Shown here: positions 18,905 to 26,407 of the stretch, one piece after another
Position numbering within the stretch: the first letter of the stretch is position 1
How the letters are laid out: every line of letters begins with the position of its first letter
Origin: an uncultured archaeon
GTDB taxonomy: Archaea > Iainarchaeota > Iainarchaeia > Iainarchaeales > CSSED10-239
Reading direction: 5' to 3'
Assembly: GCA_964496765.1 (NCBI GenBank)
Contig: CAZCAP010000002.1
Coordinates: forward strand, 1 to 32,000
Length of the DNA: 32,000 nucleotides
Notes under the pieces: model-generated
Database searches by the model: none
What the model saw: only the letters and a program-made list of their open reading frames with translations
What the model was told of the DNA's origin: nothing
Translations under genes and position numbers: made by a program

Positions 18905-19183
18905 ATGGATAAAAAAATAATGCCAATCCTTTTTTTAATAGTGGGATTAATAATAGGGCTTGTGGTTGGATGGTTAATATTTAATGGAGCATCAAGCACA
19001 GGAGACGCAAAAGCAATCACAAATAATTCAATTAATTTAGGAGATGCTGCTGGAGCAAGTTGTACACCAGTTCCACACACATGTTCAGGAACTGTTGGTA
19101 TTTGTACAACAAATACATGTGTTACTAATGATGGAAAATCATATTTTGATTGTTCTCATTGTAAATTTGCAAGCCAAAGTTAG
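18905..19183 (+). CDS. Small N-anchored Cys-rich protein, family member 2 (probably the ancestral intact copy)
   Basis: 92 aa. N-terminal TM segment, then GASCTPVPHTCSGTVGICTTNTCVTNDGKSYFDCSHCKFASQS with 6 Cys. Confidence 0.78.
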   Translation: MDKKIMPILFLIVGLIIGLVVGWLIFNGASSTGDAKAITNNSINLGDAAGASCTPVPHTCSGTVGICTTNTCVTNDGKSYFDCSHCKFASQS

Positions 19184-19235
19184 TGAATATACAAAAATAA
19201 ATTATGAAAAAGTATATTCAAATATTTCTGTTTTT
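19184..19235. terminator. Hairpin/T-tract candidate terminator between convergent genes
   Basis: TGAATATAC (19184-19192) pairs perfectly with GTATATTCA (19212-19220), followed by AATATTTCTGTTTTTTTTATTG. Confidence 0.45.
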
Positions 19236-20383
19236 TTTATTGTTTCTTTTATTAGATTATCTCCTTTTGGATTTATATCTTGCTCAAAATTAAGGATATC
19301 ATCATACCAACCTTTTGTTACTGGGTGATCAGAGTTCATAAAAGAACAACAATCAGGGTAGGGAATTATGGATGATTCATAGGTTCCTATTTTTTTTGCA
19401 AGTTCAATTATTTCATCTTTATTCATTCCTATTAGAGGAGAAAGAATGGGTAGATAACTTGCTTTGTAAATGCAATTTATATTATCAAGAGTCTGAGATG
19501 CTACTTGACCTAATGAATCGCCAGTAACAATACCTTTTGCTCTTTCAGTTACTGCAATTTTGTTCATTATCTTAAGCATATACCTTCTGTAAACTATCAT
19601 ACGATGGGTTGATGGAATATTTGCAATTATTTCTTTTTGAATATCTGAAAAAGGAACTATATATAATTTGGATTTACCTTGGAACTTGGTTAATTGATTA
19701 ACAAGTAACTTTATTTTGTTTTTTACTTCTTCTTTAACAAGTGAATTATTGTATATGTGTACAAAAACAACCTCACATCCTCTTTTCATCATTAGATATC
19801 CAGCAACTGGTGAATCTAGTCCACCTGATAAAGAACATATAACTTTAGAAGTGGATCCAACAGGAAGACCACCAATTCCAGTAACTTTATTTATATAAAT
19901 TATTGTTTCTTTATCCCCTACTTCAATATACACACTTATTTCTGGAGTGTGCACATCTACCTTTTTATTTAAGGTTACAAGAATATATTCTCCTAGTTGT
20001 TCATTAATTTCTTTAGAATTCATAGGAAATTTCTTGTTAGATCTTCTTGCAACAACCTTAAAAGTAGTAAAATTAGTTAGCTTTAGGAGTTCAATGGTTT
20101 TTTCTTTAATGTCTATAAAATCATTCTTTGCTTTTCTTGAGAAAGAAAAGTATGCTATTCCTGGTATTCTTAATAATATTTCTTTTATTTTATTTTCATC
20201 TTTTTCTTGAACAAAAGAAAGGTCGATTAGGATTGAACCGTATCTCTTAGTTATTCCTCCTTTTAGAATAGATAACATATTAGTTATATTAGATACAAGC
20301 TTGTCTTCGAATAGATATCTATTATTACCTTTAATTGCTATTTCGTTATAATGAACTATTATAAAATCATACATTTTAATCAC
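19202..20383 (-). CDS. thiI: tRNA 4-thiouridine synthase ThiI (THUMP + PP-loop)
   Basis: THUMP-like N-terminus, CSLSGGLDSPVAGYLMMKRG PP-loop, VTGDSLGQVASQTLDNI and SSIIPYPDCCSFM. Confidence 0.92.
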   Translation of the reverse strand: MIKMYDFIIVHYNEIAIKGNNRYLFEDKLVSNITNMLSILKGGITKRYGSILIDLSFVQEKDENKIKEILLRIPGIAYFSFSRKAKNDFIDIKEKTIELLKLTNFTTFKVVARRSNKKFPMNSKEINEQLGEYILVTLNKKVDVHTPEISVYIEVGDKETIIYINKVTGIGGLPVGSTSKVICSLSGGLDSPVAGYLMMKRGCEVVFVHIYNNSLVKEEVKNKIKLLVNQLTKFQGKSKLYIVPFSDIQKEIIANIPSTHRMIVYRRYMLKIMNKIAVTERAKGIVTGDSLGQVASQTLDNINCIYKASYLPILSPLIGMNKDEIIELAKKIGTYESSIIPYPDCCSFMNSDHPVTKGWYDDILNFEQDINPKGDNLIKETIKKTEIFEYTFS

Positions 20384-20475
20384 ATAAAATTAATTTAAGA
20401 TAATATATATAATTACGACTTCAAACTATTTAAATTATAATGGATATAGAGATACAAATTGAGACGTTAATTCCA

Positions 20476-20549
20476 CAAGGTTTATAAATGATTATTATTA
20501 GTATATATTTATTAAATTTAAATTACAAACTAATGGAGTATGAAAAAAT
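20476..20549 (+). promoter_or_regulatory. Conserved promoter/leader of the small-protein family, copy 3
   Basis: CAAGGTTTATAAATGATTATTATTAGTATATATTTATTAAATTTAAATTACAAACTAATGGAGTATGAAAAAAT. The first ~50 nt are nearly identical to the block at 25720. Confidence 0.75.
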
Positions 20550-20786
20550 ATGAATAAAAATACGATGGGAATCCTTCTTCTAATAGTTGGATTAATAATA
20601 GGACTTGTTGTTGGGTGGTTAATATTTAATGGAGCTACCAGCACAGGAGATGCAAAAGGAATATTGAAAGGAACATCAACAGCAAATGGGTACTGTGAAG
20701 GTGGAGAAGAGTGTACAGGGCTATCAATGGCTCTATGTAATTCACAACCAGAGTGCTATTGGATCCCTGATTCAACAACCAGGTAG
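20550..20786 (+). CDS. Small N-anchored Cys-rich protein, family member 3
   Basis: 78 aa. MNKNTMGILLLIVGLIIGLVVGWLIFNGATSTGDAKG + GYCEGGEECTGLSMALCNSQPECYW (4 Cys). Confidence 0.8.
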   Translation: MNKNTMGILLLIVGLIIGLVVGWLIFNGATSTGDAKGILKGTSTANGYCEGGEECTGLSMALCNSQPECYWIPDSTTR

Positions 20787-20801
20787 GTAAATAACTAACC
20801 T

Positions 20802-20824
20802 AAAGAGGGCATCATCCTCTTTTT
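20802..20824 (+). terminator. Candidate intrinsic-type terminator after family member 3
   Basis: AAAGAGG - GCATCAT - CCTCTTT with a following T run, 15 nt after the stop codon. Confidence 0.5.
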
Positions 20825-20915
20825 CTTTGATTTTACACCCAAATTACGAAAATACTATTTCTTTCGAGAATAGAAGCGAATACTTTAAATATCATTTCAT
20901 ATATAATATTAGCAG

Positions 20916-20940
20916 AAAACCAAGAAAATCTGGTTTTTTA
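20916..20940 (+). terminator. Second hairpin plus T-run (terminator or sepF leader structure)
   Basis: AAAACCA - AGAAAATC - TGGTTTT followed by TT. TATA-like CTTTAAATA lies about 30 nt upstream. Confidence 0.35.
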
Positions 20941-21046
20941 TTAGAAAAGGAATACAAATTTCTTTTTATATATTTTGGTATATAATTTATATACTAATTT
21001 ATAATATTTTAAAAAAATAGGAACTAAAACTTTGAGGTGAGCTAGC

Positions 21047-21391
21047 ATGGCGTTTTTAGATAAAATGTTTAATAAAAAAGAAGATGTAGATATCGAAGAT
21101 GTTCTAAACAACATGGATGTCGAAGTAATTGAAGAAGATGTTGACTTCTATGTTAAGCCAATAATCTTACAAGCAAACACAGATATTGAAGCAACAATTA
21201 AAGAATTAAAAAATAGAAACCTAGTTCTTTTAGATATAGAAAATATCTCAAAGAGAAACGCACAAAGAGCTAAACAATTTGTTGGACAATTAAAAATGTT
21301 TGTTGCTGATAATGGTGGAGATATGGCAATGATCTCAAAAACCAAATTATTACTTGTTCCTTCAAAAGTAAAAATTATTAAAAAGGTTTAA
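21047..21391 (+). CDS. sepF: SepF-like cell division protein
   Basis: VDFYVKPIILQANTDIEATIKELKNRNLVLLDIENISKRNAQRAKQFVGQLKMFVADNGGDMAMISKTKLLLVPSKVKI matches archaeal SepF. Strong GAGGTGAG RBS. Confidence 0.85.
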   Translation: MAFLDKMFNKKEDVDIEDVLNNMDVEVIEEDVDFYVKPIILQANTDIEATIKELKNRNLVLLDIENISKRNAQRAKQFVGQLKMFVADNGGDMAMISKTKLLLVPSKVKIIKKV

Positions 21392-21410
21392 ATTAAAAAA
21401 GTAATCTAAA

Positions 21411-22145
21411 ATGGAAATAGATAAAAAACGTTTTCCCATAAATATCAAAGAATCTAAGTACGCAGTAAAAATCTTTCAGGATGCCCTTAAAAAAAGAGGG
21501 CACGATCATGAAATAAAAAAGGAAGACGTTTATCTCACCATAACACCCTATTGGGTCGCATTCTATGACATCGGATATACTACTGAAAAATATACTCATG
21601 CTTCTGGACAGATTACATTAAATGCAGTTACAAATAATATTAATGATTATATAATCAAACTATTTGATATTGAAAAACCAGCTATTTTTAAGAACGTTAA
21701 TATTCAAAAGGCAGAAAACAATAAAGTATTTCTAAAGGAACCAATCATCAACGAAGAAGAAGCTAGAAAAACAATTACTAAAGAGCTTGTACAAAGATTT
21801 AATGTTGAAGAAAAAAATGTGTCTCTTTCTGGGGTTGAAGAAATTTATGTACCCTATTGGAAGCTCAAGACAAAGGAACATAATAAACTTAAATTTGATG
21901 CTATTGATGGAAGTGTAAACAATTTCAAAACCATTAACGAAAAAGAAGCAACATACACTGATATGTATAAGGAAATGGTTAATGATTTAAAATCTTCAAA
22001 AAAAATATCAGGATATATTGGAAACATATTAAAAGCAATTGGAAGAGGAATTACAATTATGCTACGTGAAGCATGGGCTCATTTCAAATTACTTATTATA
22101 ATTATAGGCATTGCATTAATTATTTATTTTTTATTCTTTTGGTAA
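21411..22145 (+). CDS. Uncharacterised tail-anchored protein immediately downstream of sepF
   Basis: 244 aa. Two PYW-containing segments (ITPYWVAFYDI, IYVPYWKLKT), C-terminal TM helix LLIIIIGIALIIYFLFFW. 19-bp gap from sepF. Confidence 0.7.
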   Translation: MEIDKKRFPINIKESKYAVKIFQDALKKRGHDHEIKKEDVYLTITPYWVAFYDIGYTTEKYTHASGQITLNAVTNNINDYIIKLFDIEKPAIFKNVNIQKAENNKVFLKEPIINEEEARKTITKELVQRFNVEEKNVSLSGVEEIYVPYWKLKTKEHNKLKFDAIDGSVNNFKTINEKEATYTDMYKEMVNDLKSSKKISGYIGNILKAIGRGITIMLREAWAHFKLLIIIIGIALIIYFLFFW

Positions 22146-23063
22146 AATTGCTCGTATTTCTGAGATTGTTTTTGCTTTAGAAATCCTATCTCTTAGTACA
22201 CTACTTTTAGGTGTTCCTTTTATGAATGGGATTATTGAAACTTTAAACTTAGGGAAGGAGGTAGGATACTTTTCCCAAAGGTTTACATATTCATGTAAGG
22301 CCTTTAGTTTATCTTCTCTAGTTATCTCTTCTTTGTTCCCATTGATCAAATCAAATATTCCTGGATTACCAAGTGCTCCTCGTGCAACCATGACTCCATC
22401 AAAATCAAGATAATCTTTATAGTTATCTTCAGTAACATCCCCATTATAGATAATTGGAATTGGAGATATTTTTTTAATTCTTCTAACCTCATCCGACTTT
22501 GGTGGAATTGCATAGCTACATTTTGCACATCTTGCATGAATTGCAAGCGCATCTATTCCAGTTTTAAAAAATTCATTTGAAATAAAATCAATTTCATTCT
22601 TTGTGAATCCAAGTCTTGTTTTAATGGTTACTGGTTTGGTGGTGGTTTCACAAATTTCTTTAATTATTGGAGTTACTTTTGTTACATCCTTTAGAAGACC
22701 AGAACCACTACTTCCAGAAATTATTCTTTGGGACGGGCATCCAAAATTCAAATCAATAATATCAAAGTGTTTGTGCTTATCTATTATTGATATTGCTTCT
22801 AGGGTTGTTTTCTTATTAGTAAAATCTCCAACTAATTGACATGAGGTGGGAGAATCTTCTGCTGTGGACCTTAATATTTCTTCATCAAATAACTCATCTC
22901 TAGAAAGATTAACTAAATGATTTGTATGAATCATTTCAGTATAGCAGAGCCCACAATTGTGCGCTCTTGCGAGTTCTCTATAGGGAAGTGTCGAAAACTC
23001 AAGGATTGGAGCAAGAATCCCCTGGTTCCTAATAGGAACCTTTCCTATCTTAAATTTAATCAT
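22131..23063 (-). CDS. tRNA-dihydrouridine synthase (Dus family)
   Basis: IIDLNFGCPSQRI, TVKTRLGF, ALAIHARC-like segment (DALAIHARCAKCSY), IYNGDVT, VMVARGALGNPGIF. Confidence 0.88.
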   Translation of the reverse strand: MIKFKIGKVPIRNQGILAPILEFSTLPYRELARAHNCGLCYTEMIHTNHLVNLSRDELFDEEILRSTAEDSPTSCQLVGDFTNKKTTLEAISIIDKHKHFDIIDLNFGCPSQRIISGSSGSGLLKDVTKVTPIIKEICETTTKPVTIKTRLGFTKNEIDFISNEFFKTGIDALAIHARCAKCSYAIPPKSDEVRRIKKISPIPIIYNGDVTEDNYKDYLDFDGVMVARGALGNPGIFDLINGNKEEITREDKLKALHEYVNLWEKYPTSFPKFKVSIIPFIKGTPKSSVLRDRISKAKTISEIRAILPKE

Positions 23064-23234
23064 ATATAATTAAGGTTAATAACTATTTAAAAACAAATAA
23101 TAAAGTTAGATGACTGGTAATAATAAGGAGCAGGCCTAATAAAAAGAAAATGCTTATAAAAAGATTTGCTCCTAATATATATACTAATTATAAAATTAGA
23201 TAAAACTACATAAATATAAAAACTAAACAAAAGC

Positions 23235-24554
23235 GTGAAACTTATGAAATGGAGTAAAGAAACTGTAATATCTATAATAATCGTAATATTATTCGTTGGA
23301 TCAATATTTGGAATGGCAATTGGAAGTGGAAGTAGATCAGACATAGGAAATAATAATGATACGAACATAACACCTTCTAATCCTGATGAAAACCTACCCA
23401 CTGAATTCTTTAGTGCCTATGTGGACTCCAATGTTCTTGAAATCTATCCTCAATTCGTTGTTGTGAGCAACACAAACATCTATGATCAAACAACATTAGA
23501 CACCAAACTAAAACAAATTAGTGGTATTAAAAAAAATACAATTAGTTTCAATAAGGGAGAAGATCAAAATATAACTACAATGATTAAAATAGTTATTGAT
23601 GCAGATAAGAGAGATCAAATTATAGAGGATCTTCAAAAAACAGATTATTTATTAAATCCACAAATTTATGTGAGTGCATTGCTTACAATGCCAAAAGAAA
23701 AAGTAACATTATCTGGAGACAATAATACTACTAGAGAATATGAGTTTACTGAAAGTCAGATTGATGGAGTAGTAGGAATAAATACAGAAAGGGGAGATGA
23801 GCTGAATGCTCAAATTCAAATTGTATTTCAAGGAAACACTCCAGTTAGATTCCTCGCAATTGAGTATCAAAACACTTCTGCAAACCCACAAATGATGGCA
23901 ACCACAAAGATAATTCCAATTAAGGAATGGGAACCAGCAATTAGAGTTTATGCAACCTCTTCAATCACAAAAGAATTTGATGTTAATGAAATTAAAGATG
24001 TTATTGGAGATGAAAACCAAGTAATTGGAAGAAGTGTTGAGGGTTCTCTCACCATAAACCTAGAAAACAATTTAGATACAAATAATATTAATGATTACCT
24101 AACAGGAATCAAAGACGAAAATGAAACTGTAATCAAAGATCTTACAATTGATGAAAATCAAGCAAGTGTTGAATTTGAAATGAATCTAAAAACAGAAAAA
24201 TATGATTCAATCAAGAACCAGCTACTTGAATTTGGAATAGATTCCTCAAAAATCAATAGCGAACCAAACAATATATACAGAATTGAATACAGTGTAGGTG
24301 ATCTTAATCTAGATTTAATTAATAATAAACTTGTAGCTAGTGGACTAGCACTTAAGTATTCAGAAAAAAATGCAATCTTTGATGTGTCAACAATTGAATA
24401 TCAAGGAAAAGTACTAACCTCAGATTCAAACACATCAAATGCTTGGTTACTATATCCTGATGATTTAAGTAAAACAGAAGTAGATTTGATAATTCAAGGA
24501 TATTATACCAGAAACAATCTTTGGTTTATAGAATTAAAAGAAAATAGAGAATAA
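23235..24554 (+). CDS. Uncharacterised N-anchored extracytoplasmic protein
   Basis: 439 aa. Short basic N-terminus, TM/signal helix VISIIIVILFVGSIFGMAIG, then a long Asn/Thr-rich soluble region. Confidence 0.7.
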   Translation: MKLMKWSKETVISIIIVILFVGSIFGMAIGSGSRSDIGNNNDTNITPSNPDENLPTEFFSAYVDSNVLEIYPQFVVVSNTNIYDQTTLDTKLKQISGIKKNTISFNKGEDQNITTMIKIVIDADKRDQIIEDLQKTDYLLNPQIYVSALLTMPKEKVTLSGDNNTTREYEFTESQIDGVVGINTERGDELNAQIQIVFQGNTPVRFLAIEYQNTSANPQMMATTKIIPIKEWEPAIRVYATSSITKEFDVNEIKDVIGDENQVIGRSVEGSLTINLENNLDTNNINDYLTGIKDENETVIKDLTIDENQASVEFEMNLKTEKYDSIKNQLLEFGIDSSKINSEPNNIYRIEYSVGDLNLDLINNKLVASGLALKYSEKNAIFDVSTIEYQGKVLTSDSNTSNAWLLYPDDLSKTEVDLIIQGYYTRNNLWFIELKENRE

Positions 24555-24571
24555 ATAATTTATTCTCTTAC

Positions 24572-24910
24572 TTATTTTTTATTTGCAAGCTCAATTGCTT
24601 CTGCAATATCTCCACTAGTCTCAAGAAGTAGTTCCTTTGCTTTATCTTTGGATATTTTTGAGGTTTCAGAAACCATAACAACATCTTCTTCAGGAATTTC
24701 TTTCTCTCCTTCAGAAATATCTCCGGCTATTTGAAAGCTTCTATTCCCCTGCATGTTAATCTCAGTAACTGATGGATTAGTAATTATTATGTTTCCGTTA
24801 TCAGTTTCAATAACTACTCTTTTTGCATCAATTTCCTTGTTCTCAATACCCATTTGCTTCATCATAGCATTTATCTTTCTAGGATCTAGTCCATTCATTC
24901 CTGGAATCAT
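24572..24910 (-). CDS. Nascent polypeptide-associated complex (NAC) protein
   Basis: MNPRK-like start (GLDPRKINAMMKQMGIENKEIDAKRVVIETDNGNIIITNPSVTEINMQG) and C-terminal UBA (KDKAKELLLETSGDIAEAIELA). Confidence 0.9.
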   Translation of the reverse strand: MIPGMNGLDPRKINAMMKQMGIENKEIDAKRVVIETDNGNIIITNPSVTEINMQGNRSFQIAGDISEGEKEIPEEDVVMVSETSKISKDKAKELLLETSGDIAEAIELANKK

Positions 24911-25056
24911 AGTTATTTCTCCTTTAAATATTATGTTACTATAAATAATATGTGTGGAAAGTAATAAAAAGGATTTAGACTACATAAAATAAAGATTTAT
25001 AACCTTTAGTATACATTATATTTTTAATTAAAAGAATAAGTTAAGTAAGATTAAAC

Positions 25057-25683
25057 ATGCAAAATGGACTTCCAAGTAACTACGAATCAATTGAAAAACA
25101 ACTAAATATTAAGATTCCTGAAACAGATAAAGAATATTTAAATGCTTTTTTAAAGAAAAAATCATTTCACATAGTTAATAGAAAGATTATTTATCCAAAA
25201 ATAGAGGATGTTAAGTATATTGTTGAAAAACTTAGTTCTGAGGTTAGGGAACTAAAATCAACAAGCGATTTTTGGAAAAAAGAAAAAAACACAGCTGAAA
25301 AGTATCACAGGCTATTACCAATTAACATGGTTCTAAAGAAGAACTATTGGAGACATAATGTTAAAAAACTAATTAATAAGAAATACAAGCAGGACATAAT
25401 TGATGCTAAGCTAAATGATAGAATCCTATTGGACCCAGAATACAAGAATCTTTTTGAAACCTTCCTTGTTGATCCAGACTATAGAAAAAAGCTAAAGGAC
25501 ACAGTAAACAATTCAATCATATACAAGAACAACAAGATTGGAGACTATAGCATAAGAAAGCAGGAGTTTAAGAAAACAAGTGCTGAGCTTAAGGTCAAGC
25601 AGGTAGAAGAACAAATTAAAGATGCGACCCATAGGCTAAAGATATACGAAAAAGTATATGAATATCTAAAGAGATACGGTTAA
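25057..25683 (+). CDS. Uncharacterised charged coiled-coil-like protein
   Basis: 208-aa ORF, Lys/Glu-rich, no recognised domain. Confidence 0.5.
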   Translation: MQNGLPSNYESIEKQLNIKIPETDKEYLNAFLKKKSFHIVNRKIIYPKIEDVKYIVEKLSSEVRELKSTSDFWKKEKNTAEKYHRLLPINMVLKKNYWRHNVKKLINKKYKQDIIDAKLNDRILLDPEYKNLFETFLVDPDYRKKLKDTVNNSIIYKNNKIGDYSIRKQEFKKTSAELKVKQVEEQIKDATHRLKIYEKVYEYLKRYG

Positions 25684-25719
25684 ATAAATATCAAATTAAG
25701 GGGGGGCCAGTTAATTTTG

Positions 25720-25790
25720 CAAGGTTTATAAATGATTATTACTGTATATATTTATTAAATTTAAATTAAAAAACTTAAGGAGATAAAATT
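25720..25790 (+). promoter_or_regulatory. Conserved promoter/leader of the small-protein family, copy 4
   Basis: CAAGGTTTATAAATGATTATTACTGTATATATTTATTAAATTTAAATTAAAAAACTTAAGGAGATAAAATT. Confidence 0.75.
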
Positions 25791-26237
25791 ATGGATAAGA
25801 AATCAATGCCAATCCTTCTTCTAATAGTCGGATTGATTATAGGAATCATTGTTGGATGGTTAATATTTAATGGAGCATCTAGCACAGGAGAAGCAAAAGG
25901 TGTATTAAAGAATGATTTACTACCTCCTAATGTTGTTGAAAAACAAGCAGATGGTAGTACACTCGTAAATTTAAATTATAAGGAAACGAATTCAACAACA
26001 GGAGTAACAACTTGTAAAAAAATATCTCAATTAATTGCACCATCAGAAGGTGAAGCTGATAGTATAGTTTATAATATAACATGTACAGGATCATGCACCG
26101 GCGATATGTGTAACATTTCTGGATGCACTCCAGCAGATGGAGGACAATGTACTGGATGTTTCTGTAGTGGAGATGCTTGTAGTGCATGTACTTGTTCACG
26201 ATCAGTCTCTGGAGCTACTTGGCCACCAGCAAGTTAA
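25791..26237 (+). CDS. Small N-anchored Cys-rich protein, family member 4 (longest)
   Basis: 148 aa. MDKKSMPILLLIVGLIIGIIVGWLIFNGASSTGEAKG, then an unrelated C-terminus with 11 Cys ending ...CTGSCTGDMCNISGCTPADGGQCTGCFCSGDACSACTCSRSVSGATWPPAS. Confidence 0.82.
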   Translation: MDKKSMPILLLIVGLIIGIIVGWLIFNGASSTGEAKGVLKNDLLPPNVVEKQADGSTLVNLNYKETNSTTGVTTCKKISQLIAPSEGEADSIVYNITCTGSCTGDMCNISGCTPADGGQCTGCFCSGDACSACTCSRSVSGATWPPAS

Positions 26238-26253
26238 TAATGACAATATTAAT

Positions 26254-26292
26254 AAGTAGATATTAAAAATATCTGCTTCTATTTTTTCTTTT
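26254..26292 (+). terminator. Candidate terminator after family member 4
   Basis: AAGTAGATAT - TAAAA - ATATCTGCTT (10-bp stem, one G-U) followed by CTATTTTTTCTTTT. Confidence 0.5.
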
Positions 26293-26407
26293 AAATATAA
26301 TTAATATCTTATTTAAATCTCAAGATTTCTTTTTTTCAAGTTTTAAAAATATTTATATTATCTTCTGTTTCTAATATATTATATAGATGATGGACTAGAT
26401 ATAATAT

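Larger units (their letters stand above)
18493..19164. repeat. Tandem duplication, unit 2 (672 bp)
   Basis: Matches 17821-18492. Identity ends where unit 1 continues ...GTAA|CTTTGAAAC and unit 2 continues ...GTAA|ATTTGCAAG. Confidence 0.97.

Noticed and set aside
18160-19080. Antisense ORFs 18160..18408 (-) and 18832..19080 (-), 82 aa each and identical
   Set aside because: They are the reverse strand of the small-protein genes. They are identical only because of the 672-bp duplication. The conserved leader and RBS support the plus-strand reading.
17821-19164. Duplication caused by an insertion sequence or integron-like element
   Set aside because: No transposase/integrase ORF, no terminal inverted repeats and no target-site duplication seen. 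The structure is a simple head-to-tail tandem repeat.
18233-26237. Small-protein family as archaeosortase substrates or lipoproteins
   Set aside because: Their hydrophobic segment is N-terminal, there is no C-terminal TM plus basic tail, and there is no lipobox Cys just after the hydrophobic stretch.
18233-26237. Small-protein family as type IV pilins
   Set aside because: No class III signal peptide (no K/R-G cleavage site before the hydrophobic helix), unlike the two genuine pilin-like ORFs at 1-572.
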